From Candidatus Eiseniibacteriota bacterium (GTDB lineage Bacteria > ARS69), in the NCBI GenBank assembly GCA_052390515.1, contig JBQTGV010000187.1:1-35264 (forward strand): a stretch of DNA of 35,264 nucleotides, written 5' to 3'. Made by a program: the position numbers and the translations under genes. Shown piece after piece: positions 8,939 through 17,641 of this stretch (position 1 is the stretch's first letter; each line of letters starts with the position of its first letter). The notes under the pieces were generated by a model. It was not told the DNA's origin, ran no database searches, and saw nothing but the letters and a program-made list of their open reading frames with translations.

Positions 8939-10096
8939 GTGTCCGACCCGAGAGTCCGCAGGCTCGCGCGCAACATGGTGCGCTTCTCGCTCGACGTGCA
9001 GGCGGGCGAGCGGGTGCTCCTCGATTTCCGCGGCGTAGCGACGCACGAGCTTCTGAGAGACGTCGTGACGGAAGTGACCGAAGCCGGAGGCGTGCCCTTC
9101 CCGCTCGTGGGGGACGACTCCCTGCAGCGCCGCTTCCTGCTGACCGCTGTCGAGGACCAGGTCCGTTCCTGGGGCGAGATCCACGAAGCACTGATGCGCC
9201 AGATGCAGTGCTACATCCGTGTCAACGGCACGGCGAACCCCTTCGACGTCTCCGACGTGCCCGAGGCGGCGCGCGCCTGGGAGCGCGAGCACTACATGAA
9301 CCGCGTGCACCTCAAGCTCCGCGTCCCCAAGACGAAGTGGGTCGTGCTGCGCTATCCGACGGACTCGATGGCCCAGCAGGCACGCATGAGTCGTGAGGCG
9401 TTCGAGGAGCAGTACTTCCGCGTCTGCAATCTGGACTATGCGCGTTTCTCGCGCGCCATGGAGGCGCTGAAAGACCTCATGGAGCGGACCGACGAGGTCC
9501 GGCTCACCGCCAAGGACACCGACGTGACGCTCTCGATCAAGGACGTCGGAGTGGTCAAGTGCGACGGCCGCATGAACCTCCCCGACGGCGAGGTCTTCAC
9601 CGCTCCGGTCCGCGAATCGGTGAACGGGGTCATCACGTACAACGCGGGATCGCTGTACGGAGGGACCAGCTGGGACTGGATCCGGCTCTCGTTCCGGAAC
9701 GGGAAGATCTGCGACGTCGCCGCGCCGAACGACCTGGAGAAGCTCGAGGAGATCTTCGCCACGGACGACGGCGCGTCGTACATGGGCGAGTTCTCCTTCG
9801 GGCTGAACCCGCACCTGCACCATGCCATCAAGGACACGCTCTTCGACGAGAAGATCTACGGCTCGTTCCACACCGCGCTCGGCCAGTGCTACGAGGCCGC
9901 GGCGAACGGCAACCAATCGGCCATCCACTGGGACCTCGTGTGCATCCAGACGGAGGCCTACGGCGGTGGCGACGTGTGGTTCGACGGCGAACTCGTGCGC
10001 CGCGATGGACACTGGGTCCATCCCGACCTGAAGGACGTGCTCTCGCTCGAAGCGCTCACCGCGGACGAGGAGCGGGAGCCCGAGCCGGTGGCGTAG
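8939..10096 (+). CDS. Aminopeptidase, M29 (thermophilic metalloprotease/AmpS-like)
   Basis: GGAGGAG before GTG 8939 (MSDPRV..LA). Motifs WVVLRYPT, NLPDGEVFTAP, GEFSFGLN, LFDEKIYGSFHTALG, NQSAIHWDLV. Confidence 0.93.
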   Translation: MSDPRVRRLARNMVRFSLDVQAGERVLLDFRGVATHELLRDVVTEVTEAGGVPFPLVGDDSLQRRFLLTAVEDQVRSWGEIHEALMRQMQCYIRVNGTANPFDVSDVPEAARAWEREHYMNRVHLKLRVPKTKWVVLRYPTDSMAQQARMSREAFEEQYFRVCNLDYARFSRAMEALKDLMERTDEVRLTAKDTDVTLSIKDVGVVKCDGRMNLPDGEVFTAPVRESVNGVITYNAGSLYGGTSWDWIRLSFRNGKICDVAAPNDLEKLEEIFATDDGASYMGEFSFGLNPHLHHAIKDTLFDEKIYGSFHTALGQCYEAAANGNQSAIHWDLVCIQTEAYGGGDVWFDGELVRRDGHWVHPDLKDVLSLEALTADEEREPEPVA

Positions 10097-10097
10097 C

Positions 10098-11903
10098 TCA
10101 GCGCAGAGCCACGATCCGCTTCGCCACGCTCCCGCCCGAGGTCTCGACCCGCGCCCAGTAGACGCCGGCGGGGACTTCTTGTCCGGAGGCGTTTCGCCCG
10201 TCCCAGACGACGCGGTTCTCCCCTGCCGGGTTCCGGCCGTCGGCCAGCACGCGGACAGTGCGCCCGGCGACGTCCAGGATGCGCACGCGGACCTGCTCCT
10301 CCCGCGGCAGCGAGAACGCGATGCTCGTCGCGGAGCGGAAAGGGTTCGGCACGGCGGGCCGCAGCTCCAGCCTCGCCGGGACCGGACCGTTCGTCACGGC
10401 GACGTCCGTGGCGGCCGGGACCTGGCTCACGTCGAGCGTGTAGGTCACCACGCCGCCCGTGCGCTTGCTGTTCGTCACGATGACGCCGACGTACGTGATC
10501 GAGTCCCAGACCAGCGGGACGGTGTAATTCACGTCGTTGAAGGCGTCCAGGGCGGGTCGGGTGATGGTGATGTTCGAGGACGTGTCCTTCACGATCACCG
10601 AGACCGTGAAGTTCGTGTGCGTGTCGACGCCGTTGAACGCGATCACCGGCTGCATCCCGATCGTGCCCGGGTTGAAGCGGTACGGGTGCGCGGCGATCTG
10701 GTCGACGGAGTCCGCCGCGGCGTAGGGATACGCGGCGATGTTCCCGCCCGGTCGCAGGTTCATCCGCAGGTAGCTGGCGGCCTCGCCGAATCCGAGCCCC
10801 GGCTCGGAGCGGGAACCCGTGAACCAGGCCCACTCGTACATGTCCGGCCAGGCTTGATCCCAGTCCGTGGCGTAGAGCTGCTGGGTCACTTGGTAGGACT
10901 GCTTCATGTTCTCGCCGGGGAACGCGGCGCGCCGATCCCACAGGTCCACGATGATCTGGTTACCGTGCTTCTCGGAGAGGTAGTGCTGCCACATGCAGTC
11001 CTCGTACGAGCCGGTGCCGCCGTTATCCAGCGCGAGCCACGGATCGGAGAACTGGCTGTTGGAAGAGTTGAAGTTGATGTAGTTGTAGTAGTCGTTGGTC
11101 TGGTCGAAGACGATGTCCTCGACCCACGTCGCGTCGAGCTCGACCCAGCCGCCTTCGCTCCAGCCGTTGTTGGTGAACTGCGACGCGTGCTTGAACTCGT
11201 GCGCGCAGGTCACCTTGAGAGCGCCCAGCTGAGTGCCGTCGGGATCGCTGTTGGCGGGGAAGCCGACGAAGTTGTTCTCGATCGTGATGCTGGTGGTGAA
11301 CCCGCTGATCTGGGTGAAGCCGTAGGCGCCCATGTTGGCGAAGCTGATGTCGTAAGTGCCGTCTCCGGGCAGGCCGGGCGCCGTGAATCCGAGCGTGGTG
11401 ATCTCCGTGGTCCAGGACGTGTCCAGATACTCGCCGCAGCGCTCGACGAAGTCGGGGATCCCGTTCGCCGGAGTCGTGTCCGTGGTCGGGACCGCGTCCA
11501 CGCCGGTGGTCACATAGGTGATGGAGAAGAGCCCGGAAGGGCTGATGTGCGTGGCGCGCAGCGCCGGACCCTCGCGCCGGATGTAGCCGTCCAGCTCCGC
11601 CACCGCCGCGGTGGAGAGCGTCCCCCGGCTGTGCTCGAACCGGGTCACCTGATCGGTGAAGCACTTGACCGGCGTCCGCTCGGCCGGCGCGTTCTCCGCG
11701 CGGAGCCTCTCCGGGGCGAAGACGTAGCGGAACGTCTCGAGGAGGTACTCCTCCTCGTTGATGGTCCGCTCGTCGCGCGCGGCGGCCAGTCGCCGGAACA
11801 CCTCGTCGCCGTCGGCCGGCTGGGCCGCGAGCGCGGGCGCGGAGAGTGCGATCACGGTCCCGGGGACCAGGTGCAGGATGGCGGCGCGGACGAAGCGGTG
11901 CAT
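10098..11903 (-). CDS. Secreted HEXXH zinc-metalloprotease-like protein (MXAN_6640-like) with C-terminal FlgD-Ig/T9SS-type domain (601 aa)
   Basis: ATG 11903; signal peptide ending ALAA; NGIPDFVE, LKVTCAHEFKHASQF, WVELDATWVED; C-terminal PNPF...ILDVAGRTV...WDGRNASG...GVY. Confidence 0.85.
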   Translation of the reverse strand: MHRFVRAAILHLVPGTVIALSAPALAAQPADGDEVFRRLAAARDERTINEEEYLLETFRYVFAPERLRAENAPAERTPVKCFTDQVTRFEHSRGTLSTAAVAELDGYIRREGPALRATHISPSGLFSITYVTTGVDAVPTTDTTPANGIPDFVERCGEYLDTSWTTEITTLGFTAPGLPGDGTYDISFANMGAYGFTQISGFTTSITIENNFVGFPANSDPDGTQLGALKVTCAHEFKHASQFTNNGWSEGGWVELDATWVEDIVFDQTNDYYNYINFNSSNSQFSDPWLALDNGGTGSYEDCMWQHYLSEKHGNQIIVDLWDRRAAFPGENMKQSYQVTQQLYATDWDQAWPDMYEWAWFTGSRSEPGLGFGEAASYLRMNLRPGGNIAAYPYAAADSVDQIAAHPYRFNPGTIGMQPVIAFNGVDTHTNFTVSVIVKDTSSNITITRPALDAFNDVNYTVPLVWDSITYVGVIVTNSKRTGGVVTYTLDVSQVPAATDVAVTNGPVPARLELRPAVPNPFRSATSIAFSLPREEQVRVRILDVAGRTVRVLADGRNPAGENRVVWDGRNASGQEVPAGVYWARVETSGGSVAKRIVALR

Positions 11904-12170
11904 GCCCGGAGGCTCCTTTCCAAAGTACGCTGGGAACGGGGAGGCACTCCATTCTAGCACGGCCGGCGTGCCCGGGCCACGGCCGCCTCGGCCTCGGTGC
12001 CGAGTCACTTCGGAAGCTGAGGGGCGTGAGCGAGGTCGAGGGCCTGGCTCGGGCTCGGACGGTCCCTCTCGATTCGTCTCCCCGAGGACGGGGCCCGCGC
12101 GAGTTCTCCGGCGGGCGGCCCGGTGGTACGATGCACGGCCCGCCGCGACGTTCCCCCTCCGGAGGCCGGC

Positions 12171-14024
12171 ATGGAAGACCTCGCGCAGCGCCTGGACGCG
12201 ATCAACGAGAGCTATCTCGAGCTGCATCGCGCGCGGGAGACGGCGTTCTGGGAGACGCGCATGGGCCTCGCCGACCGCGGCGCGGACCTGACCGAAGCGG
12301 ACCTGGCCCTCAAGGAGTTCCTCGGGGATCCGGGCCGGCTCGCAGACCTCCGCGCCTGGAAGGCGCGCGGTGGATTCAAGCCGGCGCAGGGTGTGGTCCT
12401 GGAGGGCTGGATCCTCACCCTCTCGCGAAACCAAGTCGACGATCCCGGTGCGCGGAAGCTGCTTCGCGAGCTCGCCGAGCGCGAGGAAGACCTGCAGCGA
12501 GCCCGCGGCTCCATGAAGCTCGGCTACGTGACCGACGGCGCCGTGACCGAAGCAGCGAGTTCTGTCGCGCTGGGCAACTCGGTGCGCACCGACCCGGATC
12601 CGTCACGCCGGCGTGCGGCCTTCGACGGCCTGCGCTCCATCGAGACCTTCGTCCTGGAGCACGGTTTCGCCGACCTGCTCAAGATCCGGAACCGATTCGC
12701 GCGGGCCCTCGGGTTCGAGGACTTCTACGAGTACAAGGCGCAGTGGGCGGAAGGGCTCAGCAAGCGGACAGTCTTCGCCTTCCTGGAGGACCTGGAGCGC
12801 CGAACGCGCGAGCCGGCGCGTCGCGGCCTGGACGCGCTCGCCCGCCGTGTCGGCGCGGACGCGATCGAGCCGTGGAATCTCGCGTTCCATGCCGGCGGCG
12901 GGTCGCTGCAGGAGGAGAAGGACGCGTACTTCCCCTTCGCCGACGCTCTGGAGCGATGGGTGCGGAGCTTCGCGGCGCTCGGCATCCGCTTCCGCGAAGC
13001 GCGGGTCACGCTCGATCTCGTCGATCGGCGGAAGAAGTACGAGAACGGTTTCATGCACGCGCCGGGGCCGGCGTTCTTCCGCCGCGGGGAGTGGCTGCCC
13101 GCGGAGATCAATTTCACCGCGAACGCGCTTCCGGGACGAATCGGCGCCGGATACCGCGCCATGCAGACGCTTTTCCACGAGGGCGGACACGCGGCGCACT
13201 TCGCCAACGTCGTGATGGACGCGCCTTGCTTCTCGCAGGAGTACGCACCGACGTCGGTCGCTCTGGCGGAGACGCAGTCCATGTTCTGCGACCGGCTGCT
13301 CGGTGACGCGGACTGGCAGACGCGGTACGCGCGCGACGCACGCGGGCAGTCCCTGCCGTTCGAGCTGATGGAGCGCGAGCTTCGCCAGACGCAGCCGTTC
13401 GCCGCGCAGGCGGTTCGCAACATGCTCGTGGTCTGCTGGGTCGAGAAGGCGCTCTACGAGATGCCCGAGTCGGAGATGACCCCCGCGGGGATTCTCGCCG
13501 CGGTCCGCGACGTCGAGGCGAAGATCACGCAGGTGCCGGGAGGGAACCCCCGACCGACCCTCGCCGTCCCGCACGTGCTGTCGCGCGACTCGTCTGCCTA
13601 CTACCACGGCTACGTGCTCGCGGAGATGGCGGTGTATCAGACCCGAGACCATTTCCTGGCGAAGCACGGCCACCTCGTGGACAACCCCGCCGTGGGCGAC
13701 GAGCTGGCCCGAACCTACTGGGCTCCGGGCAACGGCTGTCCGTTCCTCGACCTGGTCCGGGAGCTGACCGGCCGCGGCTTCTCCGCGGACGCGCTGGTCC
13801 GGTCTGTGTCGCGAACCGAGGACGAAGCGGTGCGGGAAGCGCGGGAGCGCATCGACGGGCTCGCCCGGATTCCCGAGGCGAAGGGCGAACCGGAGCTGGA
13901 CCTCAGGCTGCGGGTGATCCACGGTCCGGAAATCGTCGTGGAGGAAGGGGCTTCGCCGCTGGACGTGGCCGCCGCGTTCCGCCGGTGGATCGTGTCCAGC
14001 TTCCCCCGGCGGGATCGGGATTGA
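12171..14024 (+). CDS. M3-family oligopeptidase (617 aa)
   Basis: GGAGG before ATG 12171; RNRFARALGFEDFY, KKYENGFMH, TLFHEGGHAAHF (HEXXH), AETQSM (third ligand), PH...AYYHGYVLAEM. Confidence 0.9.
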   Translation: MEDLAQRLDAINESYLELHRARETAFWETRMGLADRGADLTEADLALKEFLGDPGRLADLRAWKARGGFKPAQGVVLEGWILTLSRNQVDDPGARKLLRELAEREEDLQRARGSMKLGYVTDGAVTEAASSVALGNSVRTDPDPSRRRAAFDGLRSIETFVLEHGFADLLKIRNRFARALGFEDFYEYKAQWAEGLSKRTVFAFLEDLERRTREPARRGLDALARRVGADAIEPWNLAFHAGGGSLQEEKDAYFPFADALERWVRSFAALGIRFREARVTLDLVDRRKKYENGFMHAPGPAFFRRGEWLPAEINFTANALPGRIGAGYRAMQTLFHEGGHAAHFANVVMDAPCFSQEYAPTSVALAETQSMFCDRLLGDADWQTRYARDARGQSLPFELMERELRQTQPFAAQAVRNMLVVCWVEKALYEMPESEMTPAGILAAVRDVEAKITQVPGGNPRPTLAVPHVLSRDSSAYYHGYVLAEMAVYQTRDHFLAKHGHLVDNPAVGDELARTYWAPGNGCPFLDLVRELTGRGFSADALVRSVSRTEDEAVREARERIDGLARIPEAKGEPELDLRLRVIHGPEIVVEEGASPLDVAAAFRRWIVSSFPRRDRD

Positions 14025-14956
14025 TCGCCGGAGAACGAGCCAAGGTCGTCGCAGCGCTCGTCCTGGTGCAGGTCTCGTTCGCCGTCCACTACGTGGCCGC
14101 GAAGGTCCTGCTCGAGTCGATCGACCCCGCCGCCTGGTCCGCGCTGCGCGTCCTCTCCGCCGCCGCGATCCTGCTCGCCGTGCATGCCACGAGACCCGTC
14201 GCCATCTCCGGGGGTGACCTCGCTCGACTCGCCGTGTACTCGCTCTTCGGCGTCGTCATCAACCAGGTCTGCTTCATCGAGGGGCTCGCGCGCACGACCG
14301 CGTCGCACTCGGCGCTCATCAACACGACGATCCCGGTCGCGACGCTGGGCTTCGCCGTGCTTCTCGGCAAGGAGAAGCTGCGCCGGGCGCAGGCGTCGGG
14401 GATCGTGCTGGCGCTCGCCGGAGTGCTCACGCTGCTGCGTCTCGACGATCTGGACGTCGACGCGGCGTGGTTCGCGGGAGATCTCCTGACGCTGCTCAAC
14501 GCCGCGTCGTTCTCGCTCTTCCTGGTCCTCTCGCGGGATACCATCCGGCGGGTCGGTTCTCTCCCGGCGACCGCGGGAATCCTGTGCTTCGGGTCGTTGG
14601 GGGTGGCGTGCTGGGGAGGACCCGCCGCCGCGCGCGTGGACTTCGCCGGACTGCCGGGGACGGCGTGGCTCATCGCCGCCTTCATCGTGCTCTTTCCCAC
14701 CGTGCTGGCCTACTTCCTCAACTACTGGGCGCTGGCCCGCGTGGACTCGTCCGAGGTCGCGCTGTTCATCTACTTGCAGCCGGTTCTCGCCGCCGGGCTC
14801 TCGGTGATCTGGCTCGGCGAGCAGGTGGGGACGCGCCTGGTGGTGAGCAGCGCGCTCGTGTTCCTCGGCGTGCTCTTCGCGACCAGGGACCTGGGGACGC
14901 GTCGTCCCACCGTTTCGGGCGAAGATCGGGAAGAGCCGCGCCGGGCTACCGCGTGA
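14021..14956 (+). CDS. EamA/DMT family transporter
   Basis: TTG overlaps the M3 stop (TTGA); about 10 hydrophobic helices in two repeats (LLGKEKL..GIVLALAGV; YLQPVLA..WLGE). Confidence 0.92.
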   Translation: MIAGERAKVVAALVLVQVSFAVHYVAAKVLLESIDPAAWSALRVLSAAAILLAVHATRPVAISGGDLARLAVYSLFGVVINQVCFIEGLARTTASHSALINTTIPVATLGFAVLLGKEKLRRAQASGIVLALAGVLTLLRLDDLDVDAAWFAGDLLTLLNAASFSLFLVLSRDTIRRVGSLPATAGILCFGSLGVACWGGPAAARVDFAGLPGTAWLIAAFIVLFPTVLAYFLNYWALARVDSSEVALFIYLQPVLAAGLSVIWLGEQVGTRLVVSSALVFLGVLFATRDLGTRRPTVSGEDREEPRRATA

Positions 14957-17492
14957 TCAGCCAACCGGCCGCTACGACGGCGAGCGACGAAGCGACCACC
15001 ACCAGCGCGGCGAGCTTGCGCAGCGCGGCGGTGCGCTGCGGCACGAACGGCCTGCGCGGCGCGAACGTCCCGCGCCACTGCGGCTCGGGGCGGCTCGCGT
15101 CCGGGTTGCGGCGGAACCACGTCTCGGCCAGGCCGTAGCGCATCATCAAGCTGATCGGCCGCGTGCAGCTCCTGGTCGGGAACCGGTCGAGCGTGTCGAG
15201 CGAGTGCCGGAAGAAGAACTCCGCGCGCTCGCGGAAGCGCTCGCGCTCCTCGCCGCGCGCATGCAGTGAAGCGAAACGGAACACCTCGCTCTTGCGCAGG
15301 TCCTGAGCCGCCCACGTCTCGGTCGGATGGTCCAGTCGCTCGGGGAACTCGAGCGCGGGCCGTTCGCTGGCCGCCATCCAGCGCGCGTAGGTCAGCAGGG
15401 AGGCCCGAGCGTACGCGTAGGGTTCCCCGAGGCGCCCGGCCGCCGCCAGCTCGTCCAGGAATCTGGCCAACTCCTGAAGGCAGGCGGTGTACGACCAGCG
15501 AGTCTCCGAGTCGGCGAGACCCATCGCGTCTGGATCGTCGCCGGGATGGATCGTCCGGTGGACGATCTCGACGGCCTTGTCGAAGAAGCGCTCATCGCCC
15601 GTGAGGCGCCAGCCGTCGAGGAGACAGGCGAGAGAGTTGCCGGCGCCGCGTCCCGGCCCGTGGTACGAGTCGTCCCGGGTCCGCGAGGCGAGGCCGGTGG
15701 ACCGCCGGTCGAGCAGGGCGAGGCGCGTCCGCGTCCCGTCGTCCGCGGCGATCACCCACGCGGCGCGCTCGACCGCCGCCGCCCACGCGTCGGGGTCGCC
15801 GGTGAGGAACCACCAGCAGGCGAAGCCCGCCGCGTAGTTGTGCTCGTTGCTCGGCCCGCCGCCGCCGGTGTGCCCGCTGGGGTAGGAGCGGTGGGTGGAC
15901 AGCCCGGCGTCGACGTAGTGCGCGGTGTGCCAGAAGAGACCGCGGCTGTACGCCGGGCGGTCCTCGTCGGTGTGGTAGACGTCGACGTCGATGACGTGCC
16001 GGACGAGATCGCCGGCGATCTCGAACCAGCGCGGGTCTCCGGTGCGTGCGAGCTGCAGCAGGGCGCCGTACACGACGTCGTACTGGTTGTTGTAGTGCGA
16101 GACGAAGATCTCCGGCCCCTCGTGATACTTCGACTCGTGGTCCGCCCACAATTCTCCGAAGTGGCGCCAGCCGAACTCGTCGGCCCGCTCCCTCTTCGCC
16201 GCGAACGACGAGTCCCCGTCGAGCGCCTGCGAGACGAGGCGCGACCAGGTCTCGTCCGTGTCCCGGCCGGAGACCGTCAGATACGGGAACACGCCGGAGG
16301 CGGCGAACCACTCCGGATCGGGGTGCAGGCGCAGCGGCGCGCGCGCGAAGTCGGGGCTCGGCGCGAGCGCGCTCGGCCCGAAGGCGAGCCAGAGCTCGTG
16401 CGTCTTCTGCTCGCCGCCCTGCAGCTCGTGCAGCGCGGCGAACTCCGCGGGGAAAAGCTCGACGCGCAGCACTCCGTCGGCGGCGCGGATCCCCTTGGGG
16501 AAGTTCTGCCAGAACTGGCGCATCGAGACCGAGACGCCGGAGCGCCCGTCGTGCAGGACGACCCGGGGTGCGGCGCGCTCTCCCTCGCGCTCCGCGTCAC
16601 CGGTGCGCAGCACGAAGCCACGGAACCGCGTGGGGATGCCGCCGTCGCGCGTGCGGTGCACCGGACTGCGCCAGTTCTCTCCGCCGGACGAATCCTGGTA
16701 CAGATCGAAGTTGCCGCGCGCTTCCTCGAGCGGCGCCGCCGGGTCGGTCGACCAGGAGACGCGGTCCGCCTTCGCCGGGGCGAAGCGCAGCGACAGGTCA
16801 CGGAAGAGGACGGAGCCGGCGTCACCGAGCTCCCAGTGCCCACCGGGATGCGCCGCGCGACGCGGATTCCGCACCGTGAGCGTCACGCGCACCAGGGCAA
16901 GTCCGGCGAAGAAGTCCAGGCGCGCGACGAACTCGAGGAGCGGGCGGCCCACACCGGCGGCGAGGTCTCCCTCGACCCGCAGCGTCGCGCGCAGCGGTCC
17001 GCTCCTCTCCGCCTCGGCGATCCGGACCCGCGGCGTCCAGCTTCGCCCGGCCGCGTCCATGCAGTCCCATCCGCTCCGCAGCGGGTCCAGCAGCTCGGCG
17101 CCCTCGACCTGCACGGAACCGAGCGGGGCGAAGCCGTCCCGGGACACGGCGAAGCGTGCCGCACCGGTATCGACCCGGAAGCCCGTGGCGTCGGCTTCGA
17201 TCCGGAGACTCGACGCGACCGGGCGCTCCGGCTCCTCCTCGACGACGAGCTCGAGAGCGAGCTCCCGGTCTGGCTCGGCGTCCACCTGGAAGTCGAGGAG
17301 GAGCCAGCGGATCGTGCCGTCCGGCCATCGGTCCAGGACCTCGCGCTGAGCGGGGATCCCGGTTCCCGCGGCGGTCCGCAGGCGGAGCTCCGAGGCCTCC
17401 CGGGCGAGGCCCCGGGGCAGCGGAACTCCCGTGGTGATCGGTTCCCGGAGACGCCGGATGCCGGCGGATTCGCGTCCGCGGAGGACCATCAT
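14946..17492 (-). CDS. PcRGLX/YetA-like (exo-rhamnogalacturonan lyase-like, RIFT barrel) protein with C-terminal TM helix (about 848 aa)
   Basis: EPITTGVPLPRG, RWPDGTIRWLLLDF, VDTGAARF, RQFWQNFPK, ELQGGEQKTH, GWRHFGELWADHE, HYNNQYD, HVIDVD. ATG 17492 is preferred over GTG 17510 because a -10 box lies 6 nt upstream. Confidence 0.75.
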   Translation of the reverse strand: MMVLRGRESAGIRRLREPITTGVPLPRGLAREASELRLRTAAGTGIPAQREVLDRWPDGTIRWLLLDFQVDAEPDRELALELVVEEEPERPVASSLRIEADATGFRVDTGAARFAVSRDGFAPLGSVQVEGAELLDPLRSGWDCMDAAGRSWTPRVRIAEAERSGPLRATLRVEGDLAAGVGRPLLEFVARLDFFAGLALVRVTLTVRNPRRAAHPGGHWELGDAGSVLFRDLSLRFAPAKADRVSWSTDPAAPLEEARGNFDLYQDSSGGENWRSPVHRTRDGGIPTRFRGFVLRTGDAEREGERAAPRVVLHDGRSGVSVSMRQFWQNFPKGIRAADGVLRVELFPAEFAALHELQGGEQKTHELWLAFGPSALAPSPDFARAPLRLHPDPEWFAASGVFPYLTVSGRDTDETWSRLVSQALDGDSSFAAKRERADEFGWRHFGELWADHESKYHEGPEIFVSHYNNQYDVVYGALLQLARTGDPRWFEIAGDLVRHVIDVDVYHTDEDRPAYSRGLFWHTAHYVDAGLSTHRSYPSGHTGGGGPSNEHNYAAGFACWWFLTGDPDAWAAAVERAAWVIAADDGTRTRLALLDRRSTGLASRTRDDSYHGPGRGAGNSLACLLDGWRLTGDERFFDKAVEIVHRTIHPGDDPDAMGLADSETRWSYTACLQELARFLDELAAAGRLGEPYAYARASLLTYARWMAASERPALEFPERLDHPTETWAAQDLRKSEVFRFASLHARGEERERFRERAEFFFRHSLDTLDRFPTRSCTRPISLMMRYGLAETWFRRNPDASRPEPQWRGTFAPRRPFVPQRTAALRKLAALVVVASSLAVVAAGWLITR

Positions 17493-17504
17493 CGGGGCAG
17501 CATA
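17493..17504 (-). promoter_or_regulatory. -10 element TATGCT 6 nt before ATG 17492; probable leaderless promoter
   Basis: The minus strand reads TATGCT-GCCCCG-ATG with no Shine-Dalgarno. Confidence 0.4.
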
Positions 17505-17544
17505 GTGCACACCGGCACGATCGTCGCGCCCAACGCCGCCGAAC

Positions 17545-17586
17545 TTGACTCCGAGCGCGCGGGAAGCGTAGGCTGTTTGCTTCCCG
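17545..17586 (+). promoter_or_regulatory. Sigma70-type promoter of the XPB operon with a flanking inverted repeat
   Basis: TTGACT (17545-50), 18 nt, TAGGCT (17569-74). A perfect 8-bp inverted repeat CGGGAAGC (17560-67) / GCTTCCCG (17579-86) brackets the -10. Confidence 0.5.
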
Positions 17587-17641
17587 TATTGGAATAGGCT
17601 GCGGGAAAAGCACCGAGACCCCAGGATCGAGGGCAGCCCCC

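Noticed and set aside
17540..17553. CGAACTTGACTCCG as a Gram-positive LexA (Cheo) box
   Set aside because: The right half-site CTCCG has two mismatches to GTTCG, too weak to call.
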